Assembly: GCA_964057225.1 (NCBI GenBank)
Contig: OZ059895.1
Location: 10,788,001-10,852,000, forward strand
Length of the DNA stretch: 64,000 nucleotides
Direction of reading: 5' to 3'
DNA from: Auanema rhodensis
Lineage: Eukaryota; Animalia; Nematoda
The position numbers and the translations under genes were made by a program. Below are positions 25,701-40,700 of this stretch, one piece after another. Numbering within the stretch: the first letter of the stretch is position 1; each line of letters starts with the position of its first letter. The notes below the pieces were generated by a model. That model saw only the letters and a list, made by a program, of their open reading frames with translations. It had not been told where the DNA came from and did not search any database.

Positions 25701-28700
25701 TTCTATATTACAGTTATGAACCAGTAGTTAATGAACCTTCATGGCCGGTTAGTAGTTGGATCGGAGACGGCTTGGGAATCCCGGGTGGCGTAAGCTTTTC
25801 AAATTTTTTTAACAATCATAACACGTTAAAAGTACGCCATGCAGCTGATTTTTAATTTTGTCTCTTCCGTAACAAATTTATTCAATTTTCAAGCAGTTTT
25901 ACTTAGATAGCTCAAACCACGGCAGCAAATTATCTTTAATCTTATTTCTATATTACAGTTATGAACCAGTAGTTAATGAACCTTCATGGCCCGGTTAGTA
26001 GTTGGATCGGAGACGGCTTGGGAATCCCGGGTGGCGTAAGCTTTTCAAATTTTTTTAACAATCATAACACGTTGAAAGTACGCCATTCAGCTGATTTTCA
26101 ATTTTATCTCTTCCGTAATAAATGTTTTCAATTTTCAAGCAGTCTTACTTAGATAGCAAAACCCAAGGCAGCAAATTATCTTTAATCTTATTTCTATATT
26201 ACAGTTATGAACCAGTAGTTAATGAACCTTCATGGCCCGGTTAGTAGTTGGATCGGAGACGGCTTGGGAATCCCGGGTGGTGTAAGCTTTTCAAATTTTT
26301 TTAACAATCATAACACGTTGAAAGTACGCCATGCAGCTGATTTTCAATTTTATCTCTTCCGTAATAAATGTTTTCATTTTTCAAGCAGTCTTACTTAGAT
26401 AGCAAAACCCAAGGCAGCAAATTATCTTTAATCTTGATTCTATATTACAGCTATGAACCAGTAGTTAATGAACCTCCATGGCCGGTTAGTAGTTGGATCG
26501 CAGACGGCTTGGGAATCCCGGGTGGCGTAAGCTTTTCAAATTTTTTTAACAATCATAACACGTTAAAAATACGCCATGCAGTTGATTTTTAATTTTGTCT
26601 CTTCCGTAACAAATTTATTCAATTTTCAAGCAGTTTTACTTAGATAGCTCAAACCACGGCAGCAAATTATCTTCAATCTTATTTCTATATTACAGTTATG
26701 AACCAGTAGTTAATGAACCTTCATGGCCCGGTTAGTAGTTGGATCGGAGACGGCTTTGGGAATCCCGGATGGCGTAAGCTTTTCAAATTTTTTTAACAAT
26801 CATAACACGTTGAAAGTACGCCATGCAGCTGATTTTTACTTTTATCTGTTCCGTAACAAATGTTTTCAATTTTCAAGCAGTTTTACTTAGATAGCTCAAC
26901 CCAAGGCAGCAAATTATCTTCAGTCTTATTTCTATATTACAGTTATGAACCAGTAGTTAATGAACCTTCATGGCCCGGTTAGTAGTTGTATCGGAGACGG
27001 CTTGGAAATCCCGGGTGGTGTAAGCTTTTCAAATTTTTTTAACAATCATAACACGTTGAAAGTACGCCATGCAGCTGATTTTTAATTTTATCTTTTCCGT
27101 AACAAATTTATTCAATTTTCAAGCAGTTTTACTTAGATAGCTCAACCCAAGGCAGCAAATTATCTTTAATCTTGATTCTATATTACAGCTATGAACCAGT
27201 AGTTAATGAACCTCCATGGCCGGTTAGTAGTTGAATCGCAGACGGCTTGGGAATCCCGGGTGGCGTAAGCTTTTCAAATTTTTTAACAATCATAACACGT
27301 TAAAAATACGCCATGCAGTTGATTTTTAATTTTGTCTCTTCCGTAACAAATTTATTCAATTTTCAAGCAGTTTTACTTAGATAGCTCAACCCAAGGCAGC
27401 AAATTATCTTCAGTCTTATTTCTATATTACAGTTATGAACCAGTTGTTAATGAACCTTCATGGCCCGGTTAGTAGTTGGATCGGAGACGGCTTGGGAATC
27501 CCGGGTGGCGTAAGCTTTTCAAATTTTTTTAACAATCATAACACGTTGAAAGTACGCCATTCAGCTGATTTTCAATTTTATCTCTTCCGTAATAAATGTT
27601 TTCAATTTTCAAGCAGTCTTACTTAGATAGCAAAACCCAAGGCAGCAAATTATCTTTAATCTTATTTCTATATTACAGTTATGAACCAGTAGTTAATGAA
27701 CCTTCATGGCCCGGTTAGTAGTTGGATCGGAGACGGCTTGGAAATCCCGGGTGGTGTAAGCTTTTCAAATTTTTTTAACAATCATAACACGTTGAAAGTA
27801 CGCCATGCAGCTGATTTTTAATTTTATCTGTTCCGTAACAAATGTTTTCAATTTTCAAGCAGTTTTACTTAGACAGCTCAACCCAAGGCAGCAAATTATC
27901 TTCAGTCTTATTTCTATATTACAGTTATGAACCAGTTGTTAATGAACCTTCATGGCCCGGTTAGTAGTTGAATCGGAGACGGCTTGGGAATCCCGGGTGG
28001 CGTAAGCTTTTTAAATTTTTTTAACAATCATAACACGTTGAAAGTACGCCATGCAGCTAATTTTTAATTTTGTCTCTTCTGTAATAAATGTTTTCAATTT
28101 TCAAGCAGTTTTACTTAGATAGCTCAACCCAAGGCAGCAAATTATCTTTAATCTTGATTCTATATTACAGCTATGAACCAGTAGTTAATGAACCTCCATG
28201 GCCGGTTAGTAGTTGAATCGCAGACGGCTTGGGAATCCCGGGTGGCGTAAGCTTTTCAAATTTTTTAACAATCATAACACGTTAAAAATACGCCATGCAG
28301 TTGATTTTTAATTTTGTCTCTTCCGTAACAAATTTATTCAATTTTCAAGCAGTTTTACTTAGATAGCTCAACCCAAGGCAGCAAATTATCTTCAGTCTTA
28401 TTTCTATATTACAGTTATGAACCAGTTGTTAATGAACCTTCATGGCCCGGTTAGTAGTTGGATCGGAGACGGCTTGGGAATCCCGGGTGGCGTAAGCTTT
28501 TCAAATTTTTTTAACAATCATAACACGTTGAAAGTACGCCATTCAGCTGATTTTCAATTTTATCTCTTCCGTAATAAATGTTTTCAATTTTCAAGCAGTC
28601 TTACTTAGATAGCAAAACCCAAGGCAGCAAATTATCTTTAATCTTATTTCTATATTACAGTTATGAACCAGTAGTTAATGAACCTTCATGGCCCGGTTAG

Positions 28701-31700
28701 TAGTTGGATCGGAGACGGCTTGGAAATCCCGGGTGGTGTAAGCTTTTCAAATTTTTTTAACAATCATAACACGTTGAAAGTACGCCATGCAGCTGATTTT
28801 TAATTTTATCTGTTCCGTAACAAATGTTTTCAATTTTCAAGCAGTTTTACTTAGACAGCTCAACCCAAGGCAGCAAATTATCTTCAGTCTTATTTCTATA
28901 TTACAGTTATGAACCAGTTGTTAATGAACCTTCATGGCCCGGTTAGTAGTTGAATCGGAGACGGCTTGGGAATCCCGGGTGGCGTAAGCTTTTTAAATTT
29001 TTTTAACAATCATAACACGTTGAAAGTACGCCATGCAGCTAATTTTTAATTTTGTCTCTTCTGTAATAAATGTTTTCAATTTTCAAACAGTTTTACTTAG
29101 ATAGCTCAACCCACGGCAGCAAATTATCTTTAATCTTATTTCTATACTACAGTTATGAACCAGTGGTTAATGAACCTTTATGGCCCGGTTAGTAGTTGGA
29201 TCGGAGACGGCTTGGAAATCCCGGGTGGCGTAAGCTTTTCAAATTTTTTTAACAATCATAACATGTTAAAAGTACTCCATTCAGCTGATTTTTAATTTTG
29301 TCTCTTCCGTAACAAATTTATTCAATTTTCAAGCAGTTTTACTTAGATAGCTCAAACCACGGCAGCAAATTATCTTTAATCTTATTTCTATATTACAGTT
29401 ATGAACCAGTAGTTAATGAACCTTCATGGCCCGGTTAGTAGTTGGATCGGAGACGGCTTGGGAATCCCGGGTGGCGTAAGCTTTTCAAATTTTTTTAACA
29501 ATCATAACACGTTGAAAGTACGCCATTCAGCTGATTTTCAATTTTATCTCTTCCGTAATAAATGTTTTCAATTTTCAAGCAGTCTTACTTAAATAGCAAA
29601 ACCCAAGGCAGCAAATTATCTTTAATCTTATTTCTATATTACAGTTATGAACCAGTAGTTAATGAACCTTCATGGCCCGGTTAGTAGTTGGATCGGAGAC
29701 GGCTTGGGAATCCCGGGTGGTGTAAGCTTTTCAAATTTTTTTAACAATCATAACACGTTGAAAGTACGCCATGCAGCTGATTTTCAATTTTATCTCTTCC
29801 GTAATAAATGTTTTCATTTTTCAAGCAGTCTTACTTAGATAGCAAAACCCAAGGCAGCAAATTATCTTTAATCTTGATTCTATATTACAGCTATGAACCA
29901 GTAGTTAATGAACCTCCATGGCCGGTTAGTAGTTGGATCGCAGACGGCTTGGGAATCCCGGGTGGCGTAAGCTTTTCAAATTTTTTTAACAATCATAACA
30001 CGTTAAAAATACGCCATGCAGTTGATTTTTAATTTTGTCTCTTCCGTAACAAATTTATTCAATTTTCAAGCAGTTTTACTTAGATAGCTCAACCCAAGGC
30101 AGCAAATTATCTTCAGTCTTATTTCTATATTACAGTTATGAACCAGTAGTTAATGAACCTTCATGGCCCGGTTAGTAGTTGGATCGGAGACGGCTTTGGG
30201 AATCCCGGATGGCGTAAGCTTTTCAAATTTTTTTAACAATCATAACACGTTGAAAGTACGCCATGCAGCTGATTTTCACTTTTATCTGTTCCGTAACAAA
30301 TGTTTTCAATTTTCAAGCAGTTTTACTTAGATAGCTCAACCCAAGGCAGCAAATTATCTTCAGTCTTATTTCTATATTACAGTTATGAACCAGTAGTTAA
30401 TGAACCTTCATGGCCCGGTTAGTAGTTGGATCGGAGACGGCTTTGGGAATCCCGGATGGCGTAAGCTTTTCAAATTTTTTTAACAATCATAACACGTTGA
30501 AAGTACGCCATGCAGCTGATTTTCACTTTTATCTGTTCCGTAACAAATGTTTTCAATTTTCAAGCAGTTTTACTTAGATAGCTCAACCCAAGGCAGCAAA
30601 TTATCTTCAGTCTTATTTCTATATTACAGTTATGAACCAGTAGTTAATGAACCTTCATGGCCCGGTTAGTAGTTGGATCGGAGACGGCTTGGAAATCCCG
30701 GGTGGTGTAAGCTTTTCAAATTTTTTTAACAATCATAACACGTTGAAAGTACGCCATGCAGCTGATTTTTAATTTTATCTCTTCCGTAACAAATTTATTC
30801 AATTTTCAAGCAGTTTTACTTAGATAGCTCAACCCAAGGCAGCAAATTATCTTTAATCTTGATTCTATATTACAGCTATGAACCAGTAGTTAATGAACCT
30901 CCATGGCCGGTTAGTAGTTGAATCGCAGACGGCTTGGGAATCCCGGGTGGCGTAAGCTTTTCAAATTTTTTAACAATCATAACACGTTAAAAATACGCCA
31001 TGCAGTTGATTTTTAATTTTGTCTCTTCCGTAACAAATTTATTCAATTTTCAAGCAGTTTTACTTAGATAGCTCAACCCAAGGCAGCAAATTATCTTCAG
31101 TCTTATTTCTATATTACAGTTATGAACCAGTTGTTAATGAACCTTCATGGCCCGGTTAGTAGTTGGATCGGAGACGGCTTGGGAATCCCGGGTGGCGTAA
31201 GCTTTTCAAATTTTTTTAACAATCATAACACGTTGAAAGTACGCCATTCAGCTGATTTTCAATTTTATCTCTTCCGTAATAAATGTTTTCAATTTTCAAG
31301 CAGTCTTACTTAGATAGCAAAACCCAAGGCAGCAAATTATCTTTAATCTTATTTCTATATTACAGTTATGAACCAGTAGTTAATAAACCTTCATGGCCCG
31401 GTTAGTAGTTGGATCGGAGACGGCTTGGAAATCCCGGGTGGTGTAAGCTTTTCAAATTTTTTTAACAATCATAACACGTTGAAAGTACGCCATGCAGCTG
31501 ATTTTTAATTTTATCTGTTCCGTAACAAATGTTTTCAATTTTCAAGCAGTTTTACTTAGACAGCTCAACCCAAGGCAGCAAATTATCTTCAGTCTTATTT
31601 CTATATTACAGTTATGAACCAGTTGTTAATGAACCTTCATGGCCCGGTTAGTAGTTGAATCGGAGACGGCTTGGGAATCCCGGGTGGCGTAAGCTTTTTA

Positions 31701-34700
31701 AATTTTTTTAACAATCATAACACGTTGAAAGTACGCCATGCAGCTAATTTTTAATTTTGTCTCTTCTGTAATAAATGTTTTCAATTTTCAAACAGTTTTA
31801 CTTAGATAGCTCAACCCACGGCAGCAAATTATCTTTAATCTTATTTCTATACTACAGTTATGAACCAGTGGTTAATGAACCTTTATGGCCCGGTTAGTAG
31901 TTGGATCGGAGACGGCTTGGAAATCCCGGGTGGCGTAAGCTTTTCAAATTTTTTTAACAATCATAACATGTTAAAAGTACTCCATGCAGCTGATTTTTAA
32001 TTTTGTCTCTTCCGTAACAAATTTATTCAATTTTCAAACACTTTTACTTAGATAGCTCAACTCACGGCAGCAATATATCTTCAATCTTATTCCTATATTA
32101 CAGTTATGAACCAGTAGTTGATGAACCTTCACGGCCCGGTTAGTAGTTGGATCGGAGACAGCTTAGGAAACCCGGGTGCCGTAAGCTTCTCAAATTTTTT
32201 TAACAATCATAACACGTTGAAAGTACGCCATGCAGCTGATTTTTAATTTTGTCTCTTCCGTAACAAATTTATTCAATTTTCAAGCAGTTTTACTTAGATA
32301 GCTTAAACCACGGCAGCAAATTATCTTCAATCTTATTTCTATATTACAGTTATGAACCAGTAGTTAATGAACCTTCATGGCCGGTTAGTAGTTGGATTGG
32401 AGACGGCTCGGGATTCCCGGATGGCGTAAGCTTTTCAAATTTTTTTAACAATCATAACACGTTAAAAGTACGCCATGCAGCTGATTTTTAATTTTGTCTC
32501 TTCCGTAACAAATTTATTCAATTTTCAAGCAGTTTTACTTAGATAGCTCAAACCACGGCAGCAAATTATCTTCAATCTTATTTCTATATTACAGTTATGA
32601 ACCAGTAGTTAAAGAACCTTCATGGCCCGGTTAGTAGTTGGATCGGAGACGGCTTGGGAATCCCGGGTGGCGTAAGCTTTTCAAATTTTTTTAACAATCA
32701 TAACACGTTGAAAGTACGCCATTCAGCTGATTTTCAATTTTATCTCTTCCGTAAAAAATGTTTTCAATTTTCAAGCAATCTTACTTAGATAGCAAAACCC
32801 AAGGCAGTAAATTATCTTTAATCTTGATTCTATATTACAGCTATGAACCAGTAGTTAATGAACCTCCACGGCCGGTTAGTAGTTGGATCGGAGACGGCTT
32901 GGGAATCTTGGGTGGCGTAAGCTTTTCAAATTTTTTTAACAATCATAACACGTTAAAAGTACGCCATGCAGCTGATTTTTAATTTTGTCTCTTCCGTAAC
33001 AAATTTATTCAATTTTCAAGCAGTTTTACTTAGAAAGCTCAAACCACGGCAGCAAATTATCTTCAATCTTATTTCTATATTACAGTTATGAACCAGTTGT
33101 TAATGAACCTTCATGGCCCGGTTAGTAGTTGAATCGGAGACGGCTTGGGAATCCCGGGTGGCGTAAGCTTTTTAAATTTTTTTAACAATCATAACACGTT
33201 GAAAGTACGCCATGCAGCTAATTTTTAATTTTCTCTCTTCTGTAATAAATGTTTTCAATTTTCAAACAGTTTTACTTAGATAGCTCAACCCACGGCAGCA
33301 AATTATCTTTAATCTTATTTCTATACTACAGTTATGAATCAGTGGTTAATGAACCTTTATGGCCCGGTTAGTAGTTGGATCGGAGACGGCTTGGAAATCC
33401 CGGGTGGCGTAAGCTTTTCAAATTTTTTTAACAATCATAACATGTTAAAAGTACTCCATGCAGCTGATTTTTAATTTTGTCTCTTCCGTAACAAATTTAT
33501 TCAATTTTCAAACACTTTTACTTAGATAGCAAAACCCAAGGCAGCAAATTATCTTTAATCTTGATTCTATATTACAGCTATGAACCAGTAGTTAATGAAC
33601 CTCCATGGCCGGTTAGTAGTTGGATCGGAGACAGCTTAGGAAACCCGGGTGCCGTAAGCTTCTCAAATTTTTTTAACAATCATAACACGTTGAAAGTACG
33701 CCATGCAGCTGATTTTTAATTTTATCTCTTCCGTAACAAATTTATTCAATTTTCAAGCAGTTTTACTTAGATAGCTCAAACCACGGCAGCAAATTATCTT
33801 CAATCTCATTTCTATATTACAGTTATGAACCAGTAGTTAATGAACCTTCATGGCCGGTTAGTAGTTGGATCGGAGACGGCTTGGGAATCCCGGGTGGCGT
33901 AAGCTTTTCAAATTTTTTTAACAATCATAACACGTTAAAAGTACGCCATGCAGCTGATTTTTAATTTTGTCTCTTCCGTAACAAATTTATTCAATTTTCA
34001 AGCAGTTTTACTTAGATAGCTCAAACCACGGCAGCAAATTATCTTTAATCTTATTTCTATATTACAGTTATGAACCAGTAGTTAATGAACCTTCATGGCC
34101 CGGTTAGTAGTTGGATCGGAGACGGCTTGGGAATCCCGGGTGGCGTAAGCTTTTCAAATTTTTTTAACAATCATAACACGTTGAAAGTACGCCATTCAGC
34201 TGATTTTCAATTTTATCTCTTCCGTAATAAATGTTTTCAATTTTCAAGCAGTCTTACTTAGATAGCAAAACCCAAGGCAGCAAATTATCTTTAATCTTAT
34301 TTCTATATTACAGTTATGAACCAGTAGTTAATGAACCTTCATGGCCCGGTTAGTAGTTGGATCGGAGACGGCTTGGGAATCCCGGGTGGTGTAAGCTTTT
34401 CAAATTTTTTTAACAATCATAACACGTTGAAAGTACGCCATGCAGCTGATTTTCAATTTTATCTCTTCCGTAATAAATGTTTTCATTTTTCAAGCAGTCT
34501 TACTTAGATAGCAAAACCCAAGGCAGCAAATTATCTTTAATCTTGATTCTATATTACAGCTATGAACCAGTAGTTAATGAACCTCCATGGCCGGTTAGTA
34601 GTTGGATCGCAGACGGCTTGGGAATCCCGGGTGGCGTAAGCTTTTCAAATTTTTTTAACAATCATAACACGTTAAAAATACGCCATGCAGTTGATTTTTA

Positions 34701-37700
34701 ATTTTGTCTCTTCCGTAACAAATTTATTCAATTTTCAAGCAGTTTTACTTAGATAGCTCAAACCACGGCAGCAAATTATCTTCAATCTTATTTCTATATT
34801 ACAGTTATGAACCAGTAGTTAATGAACCTTCATGGCCCGGTTAGTAGTTGGATCGGAGACGGCTTTGGGAATCCCGGATGGCGTAAGCTTTTCAAATTTT
34901 TTTAACAATCATAACACGTTGAAAGTACGCCATGCAACTGATTTTTACTTTTATCTGTTCCGTAACAAATGTTTTCAATTTTCAAGCAGTTTTACTTAGA
35001 TAGCTCAACCCAAAGCAGCAAATTATCTTCAGTCTTATTTCTATATTACAGTTATGAACCAGTAGTTAATGAACCTTCATGGCCCGGTTAGTAGTTGGAT
35101 CGGAGACGGCTTGGAAATCCCGGGTGGTGTAAGCTTTTCAAATTTTTTTAACAATCATAACACGTTGAAAGTACGCCATGCAGCTGATTTTTAATTTTAT
35201 CTCTTCCGTAACAAATTTATTCAATTTTCAAGCAGTTTTACTTAGATAGCTCAACCCAAGGCAGCAAATTATCTTTAATCTTGATTCTATATTACAGCTA
35301 TGAACCAGTAGTTAATGAACCTCCATGGCCGGTTAGTAGTTGAATCGCAGACGGCTTGGGAATCCCGGGTGGCGTAAGCTTTTCAAATTTTTTAACAATC
35401 ATAACACGTTAAAAATACGCCATGCAGTTGATTTTTAATTTTGTCTCTTCCGTAACAAATTTATTCAATTTTCAAGCAGTTTTACTTAGATAGCTCAACC
35501 CAAGGCAGCAAATTATCTTCAGTCTTATTTCTATATTACAGTTATGAACCAGTTGTTAATGAACCTTCATGGCCCGGTTAGTAGTTGGATCGGAGACGGC
35601 TTGGGAATCCCGGGTGGCGTAAGCTTTTCAAATTTTTTTAACAATCATAACACGTTGAAAGTACGCCATTCAGCTGATTTTCAATTTTATCTCTTCCGTA
35701 ATAAATGTTTTCAATTTTCAAGCAGTCTTACTTAGATAGCAAAACCCAAGGCAGCAAATTATCTTTAATCTTATTTCTATATTACAGTTATGAACCAGTA
35801 GTTAATGAACCTTCATGGCCCGGTTAGTAGTTGGATCGGAGACGGCTTGGAAATCCCGGGTGGTGTAAGCTTTTCAAATTTTTTTAACAATCATAACACG
35901 TTGAAAGTACGCCATGCAGCTGATTTTTAATTTTATCTGTTCCGTAACAAATGTTTTCAATTTTCAAGCAGTTTTACTTAGACAGCTCAACCCAAGGCAG
36001 CAAATTATCTTCAGTCTTATTTCTATATTACAGTTATGAACCAGTTGTTAATGAACCTTCATGGCCCGGTTAGTAGTTGAATCGGAGACGGCTTGGGAAT
36101 CCCGGGTGGCGTAAGCTTTTTAAATTTTTTTAACAATCATAACACGTTGAAAGTACGCCATGCAGCTAATTTTTAATTTTGTCTCTTCTGTAATAAATGT
36201 TTTCAATTTTCAAACAGTTTTACTTAGATAGCTCAACCCACGGCAGCAAATTATCTTTAATCTTATTTCTATACTACAGTTATGAACCAGTGGTTAATGA
36301 ACCTTTATGGCCCGGTTAGTAGTTGGATCGGAGACGGCTTGGAAATCCCGGGTGGCGTAAGCTTTTCAAATTTTTTTAACAATCATAACATGTTAAAAGT
36401 ACTCCATGCAGCTGATTTTTAATTTTGTCTCTTCCGTAACAAATTTATTCAATTTTCAAACACTTTTACTTAGATAGCTCAACTCACGGCAGCAATATAT
36501 CTTCAATCTTATTCCTATATTACAGTTATGAACCAGTAGTTGATGAACCTTCACGGCCCGGTTAGTAGTTGGATCGGAGACAGCTTAGGAAACCCGGGTG
36601 CCGTAAGCTTCTCAAATTTTTTTAACAATCATAACACGTTGAAAGTACGCCATGCAGCTGATTTTTAATTTTGTCTCTTCCGTAACAAATTTATTCAATT
36701 TTCAAGCAGTTTTACTTAGATAGCTTAAACCACGGCAGCAAATTATCTTCAATCTTATTTCTATATTACAGTTATGAACCAGTAGTTAATGAACCTTCAT
36801 GGCCGGTTAGTAGTTGGATTGGAGACGGCTCGGGATTCCCGGATGGCGTAAGCTTTTCAAATTTTTTTAACAATCATAACACGTTAAAAGTACGCCATGC
36901 AGCTGATTTTTAATTTTGTCTCTTCCGTAACAAATTTATTCAATTTTCAAGCAGTTTTACTTAGATAGCTCAAACCACGGCAGCAAATTATCTTCAATCT
37001 TATTTCTATATTACAGTTATGAACCAGTAGTTAAAGAACCTTCATGGCCCGGTTAGTAGTTGGATCGGAGACGGCTTGGGAATCCCGGGTGGCGTAAGCT
37101 TTTCAAATTTTTTTAACAATCATAACACGTTAAAAGTACGCCATTCAGTTGATTTTCAATTTTATCTCTTCCGTAAAAAATGTTTTCAATTTTCAAGCAA
37201 TCTTACTTAGATAGCAAAACCCAAGGCAGCAATATATCTTCAATCTTATTCCTATATTACAGTTATGAACCAGTAGTTGATGAACCTTCACGGCCCGGTT
37301 AGTAGTTGGATCGGAGACAGCTTAGGAAACCCGGGTGCCGTAAGCTTCTCAAATTTTTTTAACAATCATAACACGTTGAAAGTACGCCATGCAGCTGATT
37401 TTTAATTTTGTCTCTTCCGTAACAAATTTATTCAATTTTCAAGCAGTTTTACTTAGATAGCTTAAACCACGGCAGCAAATTATCTTCAATCTTATTTCTA
37501 TATTACAGTTATGAACCAGTAGTTAATGAACCTTCATGGCCGGTTAGTAGTTGGATTGGAGACGGCTCGGGATTCCCGGATGGCGTAAGCTTTTCAAATT
37601 TTTTTAACAATCATAACACGTTAAAAGTACGCCATGCAGCTGATTTTTAATTTTGTCTCTTCCGTAACAAATTTATTCAATTTTCAAGCAGTTTTACTTA

Positions 37701-40700
37701 GATAGCTCAAACCACGGCAGCAAATTATCTTCAATCTTATTTCTATATTACAGTTATGAACCAGTAGTTAAAGAACCTTCATGGCCCGGTTAGTAGTTGG
37801 ATCGGAGACGGCTTGGGAATCCCGGGTGGCGTAAGCTTTTCAAATTTTTTTAACAATCATAACACGTTGAAAGTACGCCATTCAGTTGATTTTCAATTTT
37901 ATCTCTTCCGTAAAAAATGTTTTCAATTTTCAAGCAATCTTACTTAGATAGCAAAACCCAAGGCAGTAAATTATCTTTAATCTTGATTCTATATTACAGC
38001 TATGAACCAGTAGTTAATGAACCTCCATGGCCGGTTAGTAGTTGGATCGGAGACGGCTTGGGAATCTTGGGTGGCGTAAGCTTTTCAAATTTTTTTAACA
38101 ATCATAACACGTTAAAAGTACGCCATGCAGCTGATTTTCATTTTTGTCTCTTCCGTAACAAATTTATTCGATTTTCAAGCAGTTTTACTTAGATAGCTCA
38201 AACCACGGCAGCAAATTAACTTCAATCTTATTTCTATATTACAGCTATGAACCAGTAGTTAATGAACCTCCATGGCCGGTTAGTAGTTGGATCGGAGACG
38301 GCTTGGGAATCTTGGGTGGCGTAAGCTTTTCAAATTTTTTCAACAATCATAACACGTTAAAAGTACGCCATGCAGCTGATTTTTAATTTTGTCTCTTCCG
38401 TAACAAATTTATTCAATTTTCAAGCAGTTTTACTTAGATAGCTCAAACCACGGCAGCAAATTATCTTCAATCTTATTTCTATATTACAGTTATGAACCAG
38501 TAGTTAATGAACCTTCATGGCCCGGTTAGTAGTTGGATCGGAGACGGCTTGGGAATTCCGGGTGGCGTAAGTTTTACAAATTTTTTTAACAATCATAACA
38601 CGTTGAAAGTACGCCATTCAGCTGATTTTCAATTTTATCTCTTCCGTAATAAATGTTTTCAATTTTCAAGCAGTCTTACTTAGATAGCATAACCCAAGGC
38701 AGCAAATTATCTTTAATCTTGATTCTATATTACAGCTATGAACCAGTAGTTAATGAACCTCCATGGCCGGTTAGTAGTTGGATCGGAGACATCTTGGGAA
38801 TCCCGGGTGGCGTAAGCTTTTCAAATTTTTTTAACAATCATAACACGTTAAAAGTACGCCATGCAGCTGATTTTTAATTTTGTCTCTTCCGTAACAAATT
38901 TATTCAATTTTCAAGCAGTTTTACTTAGATAGCTCAAACCACGGCAGCAAATTATCTTCAATCTTATTTCTATATTACAGTTATGAACCAGTAGTTAATG
39001 AACCTTCATGGCCCGGTTAGTAGTTGGATCGGAGACGGCTTGGGAATCCCGGGTGGCGTAAGCTTTTCAAATTTTTTTAACAATCATAACACGTTGAAAG
39101 TACGCCATTCAGCTGATTTTCAAATTTATCTCTTCCGTAATAAATGTTTTCAGTTTTCAAGCAGTCTTACTTAGACAGCTCAAGCCAAGGCAGCAAATTA
39201 TCGTCAGTCTTATTTCTATATTACAGTTATGAACCAGTTGTTAATGAACCTTCATGGCCCGGTTAGTAGTTGAATCGGAGACGGCTTGGGAATCCCGGGT
39301 GGCGTAAGTTTTTAAATTTTTTTAACAATCATAACACGTTGAAAGTACGCCATGCAGCTAATTTTTAATTTTGTCTCTTCTGTAATAAATGTTTTTAATT
39401 TTCAAACAGTTTTACTTAGATAGCTCAACCCACGGCAGCAAATTATCTTTAATCTTATTTCTATACTACAGTTATGAACCAGTGGTTAATGAACCTTTAT
39501 GGCCCGGTTAGTAGTTGGATCGGAGACGGCTTGGAAATCCCGGGTGGCGTAAGCTTTTCAAATTTTTTTAACAATCATAACATGTTAAAAGTACTCCATG
39601 CAGCTGATTTTTAATTTTGTCTCTTCCGTAACAAATTTATTCAATTTTCAAACACTTTTACTTAGATAGCTCAACTCACGGCAGCAATATATCTTCAATC
39701 TTATTCCTATATTACAGTTATGAACCAGTAGTTAATGAACCTTCACGGCCCGGTTAGTAGTTGGATCGGAGACAGCTTAGGAAACCCGGGTGCCGTAAGC
39801 TTCTCAATTTTTTTTAACAATCATAACACGTTGAAAGTACGCCATGCAGCTGATTTTCAATTTTGTCTCTTCCGTAACAAATTTATTCAATTTTCAAGCA
39901 GTTTTACTTAGATAGCTTAAACCACGGCAGCAAATTATCTTCAATCTTATTTCTATATTACAGTTATGAACCAGTAGTTAATGAACCTTCATGGCCGGTT
40001 AGTAGTTGGATTGGAGACGGCTCAGGATTCCCGGATGGCGTAAGCTTTTCAAATTTTTTTAACAATCATAACACGTTAAAAGTACGTCATGCAGCTGATT
40101 TTTAATTTTGTCTCTTCCGTAACAAATTTATTCAATTTTCAAGCAGTTTTACTTAGATAGCTCAAACCACGGCAGCAAATTATCTTCAATCTTATTTCTA
40201 TATTACAGTTATGAACCAGTAGTTAAAGAACCTTCATGGCCCGGTTAGTAGTTGGATCGGAGACGGCTTGGGAATCCCGGGTGGCGTAAGCTTTTCAAAT
40301 TTTTTTAACAATCATAACACGTTGAAAGTACGCCATTCAGCTGATTTTCAATTTTATCTCTTCCGTAAAAAATGTTTCCAATTTTCAAGCAATCTTACTT
40401 AGATAGCAAAACCCAAGGCAGTAAATTATCTTTAATCTTGATTCTATATTACAGTTATGAACCAGTAGTTAATGAACCTTCATGGCCCGGTTAGTAGTTG
40501 GATCGGAGACGGCTTGGGAATTCCGGGTGGCGTAAGTTTTACAAATTTTTTTAACAATCATAACACGTTGAAAGTACGCCATTCAGCTGATTTTCAATTT
40601 TATCTCTTCCGTAATAAATGTTTTCAATTTTCAAGCAGTCTTACTTAGATAGCTCAAACCACGGCAGCAAATTATCTTCAATCTTATTTCTATATTACAG

